This document shows, piece after piece, positions 24,407 to 37,726 of a stretch of 64,000 nt of DNA. Made by a program: the position numbers and the translations under genes. Under the pieces are notes generated by a model, which made no database searches, was not told the origin of the DNA, and saw only the letters and a program-made list of their open reading frames with translations. The stretch is taken from contig MU054085.1 of the NCBI GenBank assembly GCA_013239625.1, forward strand, positions 1 to 64,000, given 5' to 3'. The first letter of the stretch is position 1; the number at the start of each line of letters is the position of its first letter. Source of the stretch: Lama guanicoe (Eukaryota).

Positions 24407-27400
24407 CTTTTGGCTCTGATGTCTTGGCTCTTGTTTTGATCTGGTGGGCCCAAGACACTCCTAGGCTGGGATAAAATCACATGGGACAGTCAACTGGTGT
24501 ATGAAGAGAGGTATATATTCCACAGGATGGTTGCATTGTGAAGATCCAGCAAAAAGATTCTGATAAATGTGTGGTTTAATAAAAAATGGCTGATGCCACA
24601 CAAGCCAGTACCCATTTGTGGTCCCCGGCCCACATTCTCAGTAAGTGGGCAAGGGAGCTTTGGTTCCATCCTTCCTAATTCCGAGAGAAGAAAACCCAAG
24701 TCTCTGGGAAGAGAGATTCATGTCCTAAGACAGGTGCAAGAGCAGGCTCTTTCTTCAGGAGAACCTTTTCTCTCCTCTACTCCACTCAGTATTGCCAATT
24801 GGCCTTCTAAGACCTTTAACGAATGGGTGAAGTTGGGTCGGGGGGCAACAATGTAGAGATTCTAAAAGGATTTCTGGATTCGAATTGCATTGTCTGTAAA
24901 AGGGGACGGTGTCCCTCAAGGGTAGCTTCCTAGGTGGCTTCCTCTTTAGCCACGTCCCCTTCCATGAGCAAGCGTGGTCCTATGGGCCAGTTCACGCTCT
25001 TCCTGGGCAGTCCTGCAAGCAGATCGGTTAGTTCTACCAAGTGAGGACCTGGCTAAGTCACACCACTGCCTTTAGGGCCCAGGTGATGAGAGGACCCTGT
25101 CATCTATTGCCTAGATAACTTCAAACCTAACTAGACCAGCACTGTCCAGTAGAACTTTCTACAATGATGAAAAATTTGTCTGCCACCAAAACAGTTTTCC
25201 CTGATATGCCCTAATCTGGGTTGGGGACCACAAATGGGTATTTACCCCAGTGTAGCTTCATTTATTTTCCAATAAACCCCATGTTTGTTAGAATCTTCTG
25301 GCTAGAGCTTTACAACCCAACCATCCCCTGTCCAGCTGGCTGTGAGGTCAGTGGGCTGCCCTGTCTCCACACAATGGCTGCCAGCATGATCCTGGCACTT
25401 CTGTTTATAGCCCACATGTGGAGCCACTTATTTTGCCCTCCTTGTACTCCTCTTCTTGCCCAGTCCCTCATCTTCCTCACTTTCTAACCATGTTCCATCT
25501 TGAACTCACTGGGAGGGACCCTGGGAAAATTGTGCTTCATAATGTGTAAAACAGAAGCATCAAACAGAAGAGTCTCTAAGAACAAAGCCACCTGCACTGC
25601 AGCTGATGCCATCAGAGTTATACCTTCCCTCATGCTGCAGTGAACATGTCCACCAAATCTGGACAAGTGACAGAGGACCCAGGATACTGGGGATGATTTT
25701 AAAATTTACTCCGGGCTCCAGTAAACACATTTTAGAGGAGAACATTTTATAGGGGTTTTTATACAAAATGTCACCAGAAATGCACTCTAAAAGATAAACA
25801 GAACATTTTCTTTTAAAATATTTTACAGCACAGAGCAAGAATTATTTTGGGTGAGCAGACACTGAGGTAAAGAGCATAAAGAAGGAAAATTTTCCGTAAC
25901 CCATTTATCTTCCTGGACTTGGAGGAGCTGTGTGACAGTTACAAATGACAGCCCTCCTAGGTATTCAATTTTCTGTGGTATTTAAATGAGAAAATGTATT
26001 TTGGGGAATATTTATACAATAATAATAAAGCAGTGTTCAACTGCAAATGGCAAAAACCAGGGTTGATTAAAATGTTTTAAAAATGTAAATTGGATTTGTA
26101 AGTTTTGTTTAAATATTTTCTGTTCATTATTGACATAAAAGAGGACAGAAGTGAAGGCGAGAGGGAGAAAGGCCATCTAGGTGCTGATATCAGGATCCCA
26201 GAGGGGCCAGGCCATCATACTCCGGGCGGGGTCTTTGCTTTTTGTTCCAGAAACTCAGAGACAGTCTCAGAAAAACCAGATCCAAAGGAGATTTATGCAT
26301 GCAGACACTCCATGAGCCGGTAAGAATGAGGACTTTGAAGATTGTCCCTGCAGAGGGCTGTGGACAAGTTTAAGTGGCAGGTGCAATCTGTTGCCACAGC
26401 AGTGACCCTTGGCCTACCTGTCCATGGTCTACCAGGGACTTCTTCTGGCTAAAATCCCTGGCTGGGTCATTTGAAGGACCTATCTCGTCTACTTCATCTC
26501 AAACTTCTGTAGCCAGTGTTGCCTGTTTCCCATCAGAATCTACCCTCTCTGCCTCGTGCCAAGGATTCCAGATAAACATGCTGCCTAGCGGAAGATGTTT
26601 CCAGATATGGAGAGAAAGGAGGAACCCCTGTTATGTGTAAGACTGTACAGTCTGGTGCTCCCTTCTGAGCATGAGGCCAAGGTTATTGGCAAGTCATCTG
26701 CACTTGATCATGGGAAGGGCTCATCAAGCTTTCTTTTTCTACTACTAAGATGCTGACAAGGTGTGGGAGCTTCCTGATTAGTCAAAGGCATCTAGTGATT
26801 CCTGGATGGGCTTCATGAAAATCATGGTGTTTGGTTCCTAACTTTCCACTCTGTCTTCTCTTGCAACCAAGATCCTCAAGAAAGAAAAAGGGGGTGGGGT
26901 GGCATTCTGCAGCTGTACAATTCTAGTGCCCAAGGCAGCTGAAAACATATTGATGTTCACTAATTCCAGTTTATCTGATCCCACTGGGCTTGCATTGTCA
27001 AGGTCAATGCCCCAGCACAGCACTGGGAGCCACCATAACAAGGAAAGTCCCAGGTCTGGCAGCCCCTGCCCTGTCAATTCCTTTCCTGGGAGCTGGTCCA
27101 GGTAGAGGTTAACCATCTGGTTTGGGGATGAGAGTTGCTCACTATCCAGCTTGCTTCCATCTTCCAAGGAATCTACCTTGAGGGCACCTGAACCACATAA
27201 ACTGGGAGAGGCATGCTGGCTCTGGAAGCCCAGCTTAGGAATGTTATATAGGTCACAAGGTTTAGTTTACTGAGTTAAATCTATTATTTGTGTGATGTGT
27301 GTGTATGTGTTTGTGTGTATATATATATATACACATATATATTTTATATCATATATATTTCTATATATTTTATATTATATAGCATATATATTTTTAGAAG

Positions 27401-27635
27401 GTGAGGTTGTGCCAGAGGAGTGGGAGAATTTAGGTAGACAATATGTATATGTTATCTTATCTGAAGTGAAGGATATGTAACTAACTTAATGTTTTTATTC
27501 ATTTATTTATGGATCAATTTTGTCTGTGGGGATTAGGGGCCGTGCCCCGAGGAGGTAACCTTTGAGGTGGCCTTGAGAGTATGAATGAAATTTCACTTCA
27601 ACAGTTATGAAAAGAGTTAGTCTTGGCAGCAGCAC

Positions 27636-27770
27636 TTTTTTTTTAAATAGGGGAAGGCAATTAGCTTTATTAAAAAAAACACATTCATTTATTTTAATGG
27701 AAGCAGGGTATTGAACCCAGGACCTTAGGGATGCTAAGCATGCACACTGCCACTGAGCTATACCCACCCT
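27636..27770 (-). mobile_element. tRNA-derived SINE, vic-1 type (camelid)
   Basis: Reverse of gggtatagctcagtgg..tgcttagcat..aggtcctgggttcaatacc (Pol III A and B boxes); degenerate TSD tcttggcagcagcact / tcttgcagaaagcact. Confidence 0.88.
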
Positions 27771-29409
27771 CTTGCAGAAAGCACTCTTAACAACATATTT
27801 ATATGGCAGTTCCCCACTGACTTAGCCTCACACCTTTTGTTGTATTTCATCAGAACAACGACTTTGCAAAGTTCAGTAAGGGGATATTATATTTTTTTTA
27901 AGGTCAAGTTTTGGTTTAGAGAACTTCCATAACTTGCCTAAGAGGACTCATTATTTAGTCAGGATTGGGGAAGGGTAGATGTGGAACCATTATCTTCTAT
28001 CTACAAGTACTGTGAGAGCAGTTCCCCCGCCCACCCCTGCTTTTAACAGGCTAAGTAGAGGTGCGGTCCAGGAGTTTACCAACTGTTGGCCGTTCATAGC
28101 CTTACTGACTAGCCTCAGTAACCACTGATAGTACTCCGAGTATAGCACTTTAGAACTACAAAGCCTCAGACCTTGTACCTTACCTGCTGAACCAGAAATG
28201 CCAGCAATGTGTTTTAACAAGACTGCCAGGTGATTGTGATATAGGTTTAAGTGTGAGAACCACTATCATACATAGATGGCCTAAACACTACAACTTTGAG
28301 GATGCTTTTAAATTAAAACAGGTGATATGAAACCATGAGAACTGACTCTAGGGAAAAACAAACCAATTAATCCTTACAGAATCTACAAATTTAAGAAGAC
28401 TGTGTTCTGTTCCTTCTGAAGATTTTTATCCAGCAGAGTACTGTGGCAAAGGGCTGGAAAACATTTAGTATTAAAACTACATTTACTTATTTCTCATTGG
28501 GGAAACAGAGATACATTCAAAGCCACCGGGAACATGGAACTCAGTCTGTAAAAGCCAAGTCTCCCAGAACTGACGTACAAGGCCACACATTGCTCTAGAA
28601 CATGAAAGGATAGGTTTCTGATAAAGGTTTCCCACAAAAGAGAAGGCCCAACCTTGGGAACTCATGAATCTGCCCTTAGGAAGACACAGTTTCCAAAGAA
28701 ATTCAGCTGAAAAAATGGCAGAGATGCTGGTGTCATGGCATTTCATTCTTTTGAATAGTTTGTGAGGAAAAAAACAAGAGAGAGGAAGTTATTCTGTTAC
28801 CATGACAACCTGGAGAGGCCCAGGCTGGCTAATGATACAATGGAGCTGACAAAGCTTGGCATCCTGATTCGAGACGAGAAAAATGGGGCTGCAGATGTCT
28901 GCGGATTACGCACAATGAATATTCTTTTCTTCTCTTACAGTTCTGCCACACTGCCTGATTTTCAAAAATAGCTCATTAAATTAAACAGCATATATAGTGA
29001 CGGTGACTGATGAACATCTATTCATGTGCTTCCCTGGGAGGTACTTCTCCCCTTTGTCTTATTTCAATTCATCCTTTGCTGCATAGCTCCAAACACACTT
29101 CCTCAGGGTGGACTTTTCCTTGACTGGCCCTCGGTGAACCACAGCATTGAAACCCTCTGCCATGCATTTAGTCCTGTTTTGCAATTTTTTTTTTTAAACA
29201 CATACAAACTATCTCCTTCAAGGGAGAGAAAGACAGTAAGTGTTACTTCCTTGTGCCTCTGGGGTCTAAAAGGAGCAAAGCTGTCCATAATCATTTTTTC
29301 CCCTCTTTCTTTTACAATGAAAATAGCTGGCAGTTATTGGGCATTGATTGTAATACTCCCTCAGTGCTATTTATTTATTTATTTTTATTTCATTTTATTC
29401 CCTCCCCCA

Positions 29410-30070
29410 GCACTATTTAAATTGTGGTTGAAGGCCAGCAACATTAGCTTCACCTGGGAACTTTTAAAAGTGGAAATTTGAGGGCCCTCCCCTAGACCTG
29501 CTCAATCAGAAACTCTAGAGGTGTAACCAAGCAGGCCCATGGGGGGCCTCCCAGGGTCAGACCCCTCCCCACATCCTCTGCTGTAGCTCCTCTCTGAAGT
29601 GGCCAGATAATTGTATCTCATGTATATTTCTTGAGTTTTTCAGATGCTAAAAACCACCACCAAAGGGAAGAAATTATCTGATGAGAACATAGCCTCCAGA
29701 CCTTCTGGCACCCAGGAGTTGATGGTGTTGACCTCCCTGTTGCCTCAGATTCAACCAGTCAGAGGATTGTGCACTAGCTGATCACATACCCTGCAACCCC
29801 TCCCTTGCTTAGCCTTTAAATATGCTTTGCTGAAACCATTCAGGGAGTTTGGGGTTTTCTTGGGCATGAGCCGTCCTGTCCTCATTGCTCAGCCCTACAA
29901 TAAAACTTTCTCTGCTCCAAACTCTGATGTTTCCATTTGCTTGGCTTCATGGTATGTCGAGCACACAAACTTGCCTTTGGTAACAGAGAGTGGGGTTCAG
30001 GAATCTCTCTTTAATAATCACCCCCCCACCCCAGGTGATTCTTATGTACACCAAGTTTGAGAATTACTCT
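29410..30070. mobile_element. MER5A-like hAT element split by an LTR
   Basis: cacctgggaactt..cctagacctgctcaatcagaaactct | gtggggttcaggaatct..ccaggtgattcttatgtacaccaagtttgagaa. Confidence 0.75.
29522..29985 (+). mobile_element. ERV1 solo LTR nested in MER5A
   Basis: TGTAAC...GTAACA ends, AATAAA at ~29899, near-TSD gagg/gaga. Confidence 0.8.
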
Positions 30071-30199
30071 ACTAGACACATCTAAGCACATTATATTTTT
30101 TCTCCCTTAATTTTCACATCCTAGGAATTAGTATCATTTCCCTACACAGGTGAGGGAACTGAGGCACAGAAAGTATGAGTAAATTGCTCAAGGTCCCTG

Positions 30200-31350
30200 T
30201 AGTGAATTGTTTCCAGATATGGTGGCAACAATCCCTTCTACTTTTTCAACATGACTTCATCACTTCCGTCAAGAGGAGGAGTCGGTTTCTCTTTTCCTTA
30301 AATTGGACTGGTCTGTAATTTGCTGTGATCAACAGAATGCAATTAAAGTGATACGGTACAACTTCTGATGGAGGCCTTAAGGGGCCTTTCAGGGTCTGTT
30401 TTCATTCTCCTATTACCTATTGACCCCAGTATAAATGTTAGAGCAGGCAGATAGCTAGATATGAGCAGAAAAAGGGGGACAAATGGCAGGAATTGGGCAG
30501 AAAGAAGGAGTACAGGCCAAATGCAGGAAACCACACATCATGTGAGGAGCAGGGATCCCTGGGCAGAGAAAGAAAAGCAGGAAGGAAACTTTGGGCTGAT
30601 AAGTGGTCACATCTTTTGGGGTGATGAGTGGCTTGGAGACTGACAAAGAAAGGTGAGAAAAGGCAGGAATTTCCAGTGTCTGAATGTGACCTTTTGCTCA
30701 TTATGCCCTCATTTCAATAAGATTAGTCTTGTAGGTTAGAAGTACCCATCATGCACTGATGCCATGACCCTTCTGATCCAGACTAAATAAGGACAAAAAT
30801 CCCTCCTCCCTCCAGGAAGGTGGAGTTGGGATGATAATCAGGGAATATGACCCTAAACCCTTCCCTCCCCAGTGAATATTCCACCCATTCATTTTCACAC
30901 CCTATGTAGCTAACTTGCCAAAGAAACATAGGGCAGCTGCTCACCTGCGCCTTCCCGTTCTCCCCTTAAGAATGTACTATCCATCCTTTAACAAATTCTC
31001 ACTTTACTTTTTTTAACCACTATTTCTTGTCTCTGAATTCATTCTGGGGTGGGACAAGAACCTAGAACACCAGTTACTTCCACCAGCAACATCAAGTCCA
31101 GCCTATCCTGGTAGAGACAGAGGCCATATGATAATAGGGCCCATGTGGAGGAGAACCACAGCCCTGGACCTGTTAGCTCAGCCTAGTCACTAGCTGAATG
31201 TAACCACCTTGCTAACACCACACGGAGCAGAAGCTTGCTTGCTGAGCCCTGTCCAAATTCCCAACATGCAAAACGTGTGCAATAAAATGGTGGTGTTTTA
31301 AGCCACTGAGTTTTGGGATAGTTTGTTAGAGAACAATAGGTAATTGAAAC
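30200..31350 (+). mobile_element. MLT1 (MaLR) LTR split by a nested LTR, itself within a MIR
   Basis: 5' part 30200-30420; 3' part 31092-31350 with aataaaatggtggtgttttaagccactgagttttggg. Confidence 0.65.
30437..31091 (+). mobile_element. ERVL-type solo LTR (MER54/MER73-like)
   Basis: tgttagagcaggcagatagctagatatgagcag ... cagcaaca ends. Confidence 0.6.
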
Positions 31351-31432
31351 AGTCATACAGTTTGTCAGCCATAGATCCTGGAGTCCAACCCATATAACTT
31401 TAGCTTTAGAGCTGTCCATCTTAACCATTTCT

Positions 31433-31915
31433 CTTTGTTTCATTAAAAAAATTAGAATTGCTATTTTATTAATAGGTGGGGCTTTAAACCCACATTCTAA
31501 TGCAGAGAACTTGGTAAGTTTCTTTCAGTAAACCACGTTGCATATATAGCACCATTTCCTCCCCTACCCAAGCTAGGTAATAATAATAAAATTAATAGTT
31601 GTATGGTACTTACTATGTACCACACAAATCATGCTTTGAATATGTTTTAATTTGCTATTTTTTTTCTAACTTTACTTTGTTTCATTAAAAAAATTAGAAT
31701 TGCTATTTTATTAATATGTGGGACTTTAAACCCACATTCTAATGCAGAGAACTTGGTAAGTTTCTTTCAGTAAACCACGTTGCATATATAGCACCATTTC
31801 CTCCCCTACCCAAGCTAGGTAATAATAATAAAATTAATAGTTGTATGGTACTTACTATGTACCACACAAATCATGCTTTGAATATGTTTTAATTTGCTAT
31901 TTTTTTTCTAACTTT
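31433..31915 (+). repeat. 242-bp tandem duplication (2 copies)
   Basis: 31433-31673 and 31675-31915 are identical except two substitutions seen by eye (ataGgtgggGcttt vs ataTgtgggActtt). Confidence 0.95.
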
Positions 31916-32138
31916 CGAAATACGTATTTGGGTAGTCAATTTTCAGCCTTTTTTCTAATGCAAGTATTCAAAGCTCTACATTTTTTCTAAGAGCTGCTTT
32001 AGCTATGTCTTAAATTTTTGATACTATATTTTAACTATCATTTCATTTAGAATAAATTTTTTCCATTTAGTATAATTTATAATTTTCATTGTAACTTTTT
32101 TTTTGAACCAGGAGGTTTATTTTAGAAGTATGTTGCTT

Positions 32139-32252
32139 GGGGAGAGGGTATAGCTCAGTGGTGAAGTATGTGCCTAGCATGCATGAGGTCCTGGGTTCAA
32201 TCCCCAGTCCCTCCATTAAAAATGAATAAGCCTAACCAACCCCCTACCCCCA
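32139..32252 (+). mobile_element. vic-1 type SINE
   Basis: ggggagagggtatagctcagtggt..gaggtcctgggttcaatccccagt; TSD aagtatgttgctt / aagtatattgctt. Confidence 0.92.
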
Positions 32253-33289
32253 AAGTATATTGCTTATTTTGGGATTTTTCTAATGATCTTTTTGTTATTT
32301 TCTTCCTGAAATAATTCCATTGTGGTTAGAGGGTATTTTCTATACAATTTCAAACATTTAAAATTGGGACTTATTATGGCATTAGTATATTTTCGATTTT
32401 GGCAAATGTTGAAAAAAATGTCTGTATTACAGTTGGTGGCTGGCTTCCATTAACTTGGGATGTTGTGGTTGTGGATAATTATTCCTTAAAGGAGTAATCC
32501 AGTAAAGGGTTCCTCTGTGGACCTCTTAAACAGAGACGCATCATGTAGCCCTGGGCGGGTCTGAAGGCCCAAGGTTGGGGAGGGGGCAGCATAATCATTC
32601 TTGAAGATTTCTGTTTTATCTTAAAAGTTGTTTGTGAATTGTGCTGTTGACTCAGTAATATATCTGTTTGCTCTGAGGTGAAATGATTTTCCTAACAACA
32701 TGCACCAGGGAAACACCAAGTCCTGGATCTCACACACAGGAGGCTTACAATATGTATTTGATGAACCACTGAATCAGTGAGCTGGTTGATCCTGTCTGCT
32801 GTCTCAGCCTCTGTCTAGGCTGCCATAGACCTCACTGGTCAGGTGAGGCCAGCACACTTTCCTTGAGATCTTTCCCTGACATCTGCTGGAAAACTGTTGC
32901 AACAGATATGCAAATTATGATATCTCTAATGCAAATGGGTCCCCCTAGAGTTGTGCAATATCCTCTGTGCTTAGTTGCACCTGTGGCCCCAGCCGGGACC
33001 CATGTGGAGTCTCCTGGCTCATTTCTCCCTGATGTAAGCCAAACTGGTAGGAAAGCTGCCTTCTAGCTCACACCTGATGGTGGTATCTCCTTAGCTCAGC
33101 TGGAGTCTAAGTAGAGGAGCTGGTTCCAGCAAGCAGTGTTGCAGGAGACAGCATGCTTCCGTGGGGCAAGACTTAGCCCAGAGGTTCTGTGTCACTCTGT
33201 TTCCAACAAGAGTCAAGGTGGGACTGTGGTGTATTTTCACAGATGCTGAACTTTTTATTTCTAGTGGAATAAACTTACTAGCCCTGCAT

Positions 33290-33840
33290 GTCTCAATAAA
33301 TTGAATACATAATTGGAAACATTTCTATGAAGAAAACTCCATGCCCAAATAGTTTCATGGGTGATTTCTAGCAAATATTTAAGGAAGAACTAATACCAAT
33401 TGTGTATAAACTCTCAGAAGTTGAAGAGGAGAGAATATTTTTCAATTCATTTCATGAGGGCAGCAGTACTCTGTAACAAAACAAGACAGACAGTGCAAGG
33501 AAAAGACAACAACAAAAACAACAACAAACCGCAGATCAATATCCCTCCAAACATAGCCACAAAAATTCTGGACAACTGGCAACTCAAATCCAATAATATT
33601 AAAACACACACACACATCATGGCCAAATGCGATTTAATTCTAGGAATGCAATTTTGTCTTAACATTCAAAAAAAAATCAATGCAATAATCACATTAACAG
33701 AATAAAAGAGAAAACTCAAATGACCATTTCAGTAGCTGCAGAAAAAGCATTTGACAAAATTCAATACCCATTTGTGATTAAAGAGTCTCAGGGAATTAGA
33801 AATAGATGGGAACTTCTTCAGCTTGAGAAAAGGCATCTTT
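33290..33840 (+). mobile_element. Old L1 ORF2 internal fragment (start of RT region)
   Basis: atttaaggaagaactaataccaatt..gcagaaaaagcatttgacaaaattcaa (AEKAFDKIQ), degenerate. Confidence 0.8.
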
Positions 33841-34954
33841 AAGAAATAATTTAGTGAAGTCTCTTCACTCTTTGCTTATAGATCTAGAGTAATAATATCA
33901 GTACCTAATACCCACTGAATGCTTACCATGTGTCAGCCCTCAATCCACATTCCATACAGGTATCATCTCCTTTGATTCTTTTACTAAACTTATACTATAA
34001 TATAATGTTATCATTATTCCATTTTGTGAATGAGAAAACAATGCAGAGACATCAACTAACTTAAGATTGCTCAGCGGGTAAGGGATGGGGAGCTAAGATC
34101 CCCTAACTCCACGACCCATGCACTTAACCACCACATTATACTCCCATCTTCCCATCTGAGGTTTGACTTTTTGGCTTAAACCAAAGGCCAAGTATCTAAG
34201 GTAGAGACTGAACCCTGGTTGTGCAGTGGAAGTGCATATAGAGTTTATAAAAGCCGTATGTCTGCAGGGCCATGCCATATAGTTACCATCAGCTGTACAC
34301 AGCTCTACCTGGTGGACCAACATTCTAGATTCCCAGCCTCTGAGATTCTGATTCTGTGGCACAAGGGTTGAGCCTGGGAATCTTTATTTCTGCATTTTTA
34401 AAAAGGTTTGTAACGCGCGGAGAACCACTAGAGTGAGCGTTCTCTGTGCTTGATCCTTGACTGGGTACCTTAACCTTAAGAAGATTTGAGTATAACTTTT
34501 ACAAAGGCATCAACTGTCTCAGTGCTTTGTTAAAGCTCAATTTCTCATGCATTATGTATCTAATGTTCACTATTTTTTTCTAAGAAAATGCTGATTTTGT
34601 TCAAAGTGACAATGCAGCCAATGAGCAAATGACATTTCCCAGTTGTCCTTGCAGCTAAGGATGACACAGTTCCAGATGATGAGACTTGAGTAGAAGTCTG
34701 CTGGAGGTATTTTGTGAAATTTTGCTTTCATGGTATCGGCAAAGTTCCTTTTATCTTTGCCACATCCTTCTTTTTCTTCTTTCCTGGCATGGAAAATAGA
34801 CTTTATACAACTTGAGGTGACCAAGTTCAGGCAAGAAGAGTCAAAAGATAGAAAGAAGAGACCTGGGACATTGGTACCACCATGGCACTGCTAAGGCAGC
34901 TTTGGACTTCCAACCTCAAAACTTCTCAAGTATGTAAGAAAAAAAACCAACCCT

Positions 34955-35195
34955 CAAGGGACAGACTGGGAGTTCAAAATTTGTCAATACTGACAGACGT
35001 ATGTAGAATAGAGAAACAAGATTGTACCGTGTAGCACAGGGAAATATATACAAGATCTTGTGGTAGTTCACAGTGAAAAAAAATGTGACAATGAATATAT
35101 GTATGTTCACGTATAACTGAAAAATTGTGCTCGACACTGGAATTTGATGCGACATTGTAAAATGATTATAAATCAATAAAAAATGTTAAAAAAAA
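34955..35195 (+). mobile_element. L1 3' tail within an MLT1-like relic
   Basis: gggacagactgggagttcaaaatt..aatgattataaatcaataaaaaatgttaaaaaaaa matches the tail of the L1 at ~10975-11019. Confidence 0.8.
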
Positions 35196-35259
35196 CTCTT
35201 ACAAATTTATGCTTGTGTCTCCATTACATGCAGCTAAACACAACCTCTTGTTGATTTGC

Positions 35260-35900
35260 TTTCAATAAACATTCACTGAGGGCCTGACTGTGTGCTGGCT
35301 GCTGGGGATAAAATGGTGAACAAGCCAGAGTCTCTTCTTCAGGAAGTTTATGGTCAGGTTGAGAATACAGACATATGAAAAACAATAGTAATGCTAGTGG
35401 TAAGCACCAGTGGTCATGATGGTCAACTCTGAATGGACTGAGAAGACCATTGAGAGATGTTTGTGTTTGGCCTTAAAAAATGAGTTGGAGTTTGCTAGGT
35501 AGATTTAGGGTAGGGTGGGAGCAAGAGCATTCCAGTTGAGGGGAAAAGGACGCATGAATGTATGGAATCTTGAAATAGCATGGCATGCTTAGGCAGCTTG
35601 ATATGGTCTACTTGCAGGCTGAGGGGAAGGAACGGTATAAATGAGAGATGGGCCAGCTCATACAAGGATATATGTGCCATAAAAAAAAAAAATTCCTACC
35701 AGGTGCCTGGTGCTAGGAGTCAGCAAATTGTTTTTAGTAGAGAAGTGATTTGATAAGATCTATGTTTTAAAAATCCACCCTGGCAGCAGTGTGGAAAATA
35801 GACTGGAAAGTGATGAGGCACGAAAAATGAGCTATAAAGTTCTTTCATCATCAAGGCTAGAGATTTTGAGCCAGGGCAGTGGCACAGGGCTGGGCAAGAA
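35260..35900. mobile_element. L2 relic
   Basis: tcaataaacattcactgag..gctggggataaaatggtgaacaag..ctggcagcagtgtggaaaatagactgg. Confidence 0.6.
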
Positions 35901-36780
35901 AGGATGGAGAAGAGATAAATGCTTTTGCTTGCTATTTAAATTCCATAAAATGACATTTTGGGCCCTTTAGGGGAGTGTTTGCTGATTGGAATTTTTTACT
36001 CCTTCATATTAACAGTTTAAAAATGTTTATTTAAATGTTCCCTTTTTGCTTATTTTACCATCTTCTAGGCTTGTGTTCCAATAATTGTTTCTCTCCCCCA
36101 AATGACAGTGCTGGCTGCCTTTTTCTCATCTGATTTTCTTCCTGAGTTCAACAAAGACCTTCTCAGCACTCACCTCTTGGTCTTCATGTCAGTTCACAAA
36201 GGAGGGCTCAGGATCAATTCACACTCACGATTCACAGGGGAGCTGCAGTGTCAGAATTCTCTTCCAGAGACAGATTGTGTTCAGCACCAGCATTAGCTCT
36301 GGCGAATTGCTATAAAAATAGCTAGCCGAAATTTTTTTCTTTGTTTATTTCTCTAAGAGGAAAGCTATGATCTGAAATCATGTTCTCTGTTATGTATACC
36401 TGATGATGAGTTCTTAGGAAGTTCAGCTTGGAGTGAAAAACATAACAGACTCCTGAAGTTGTGTTCCAGAGAATACTTGGAAGTTACTAAGCCCCACTTT
36501 TTTGTCTCTGTAGAGAGAGGAAGAGGAAGGATTCATAAAAATATTATAGAAATGTCTTTTATGTCATCTCCTCTTAGATTAAAGCTGTTCAAAATGATTA
36601 ACAGTGACCCCCTTCCTCCAAGTACCCAGGTGATACGCTCTTTCTGGCTCTCATCTGCAGGTATTTATAAGTAATTTCAAATGTGAAGAGTTTGAACTGG
36701 GACTAATTTGTCAATTAGTTTCCTATTGCTGCTATAACAAATTTCCACAAAATTATTAAACTTAAAATAACACCAACTTA

Positions 36781-36948
36781 ACAGTAAGTTTATACTGTAT
36801 AGCACAAGGAACTATAGTCAATATCCTATAGTAACGTATAGTGAAAAATATGAAAATTAATATATATGTGTACATGTATGACTGAACGATTATGCTGTAC
36901 TCCAGAAATTGACAGAACATTGTAAACTGATGGGCTTCAATAAAAAAA
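36781..36948 (+). mobile_element. L1 3' tail nested in MLT1
   Basis: tactgtatagcacaaggaactata..cttcaataaaaaaa; TSD ataacaccaactta on both sides. Confidence 0.85.
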
Positions 36949-37220
36949 GATAACACCAACTTATTACTTTATAGTTTTGGAGGTCGGAAGTCTGAAATGA
37001 GGTCTTACGGGGCTAAAATCAGAGTGTCAGCAGGACCGTGTTCATTCTGGAGGCTCTATGGGAGAATCTGTCCCTGGCCTCTTCTAGCTTCTAGAGTTTG
37101 CCCACTTTCTTTGGCTCCTAGCTGCTTCATTCTGACCTCCACTTCTATCATCACATCTCTTTCTCTGCTTTTGACCCTCCTGCCTTCCTCTTCGAAGGAC
37201 CTTTATAATTCAGTTGGGTT

Positions 37221-37726
37221 TGTGAACAAAAAATTTTACAAGCTGTATCAGTAAACAAAGAATACTGTGCCTTCAAGTCATCAGCCACTACTGTGACCCC
37301 CTCTCCCCCAACAGTGAGTGGAGGGAACTCAGGATGCAGACGAGCAGGCAGCCCAGCCTCTAGAGCCATCCCCAACCATGAACCCTGAGGGAATTCAGGA
37401 TGTGGAAGAACAAGATACTGGCCCAAGATAAGCTAGGTGCATATCAAAGGAATGATTTCAATGAGCCCAGACATTTGCACCTTCCCATACATAGAAAAAT
37501 GCTAAATTCCTTAACTTGAGATATCTGGTTTTCTTTAACTAACAGGAATCCTTTGATGTAGTCTTTATTGCAAAAACTCATATATCCTGGCTTCTACCTT
37601 GCCACTTTGGAGCAGTCCCTCAGAGCGATCTGAGAGGCTGTCATCCCAGGCTTAAGTCCTCAGAAATGTCAGCTGATTAAAACATATCTCTCAACTTCTT
37701 AGTTGTGCATTTTATTTTAGTTGACA
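37221..37726 (+). mobile_element. ERV1-class solo LTR nested in MLT1
   Basis: TGTGAA...TTGACA ends; reverse-complement homolog of 9632-10139. Confidence 0.85.

Noticed and set aside
32139..32215. tRNA gene (also at 27636, 52630, 60031)
   Set aside because: tRNA-like A and B boxes, but with SINE tails and TSDs; these are vic-1 type SINEs.
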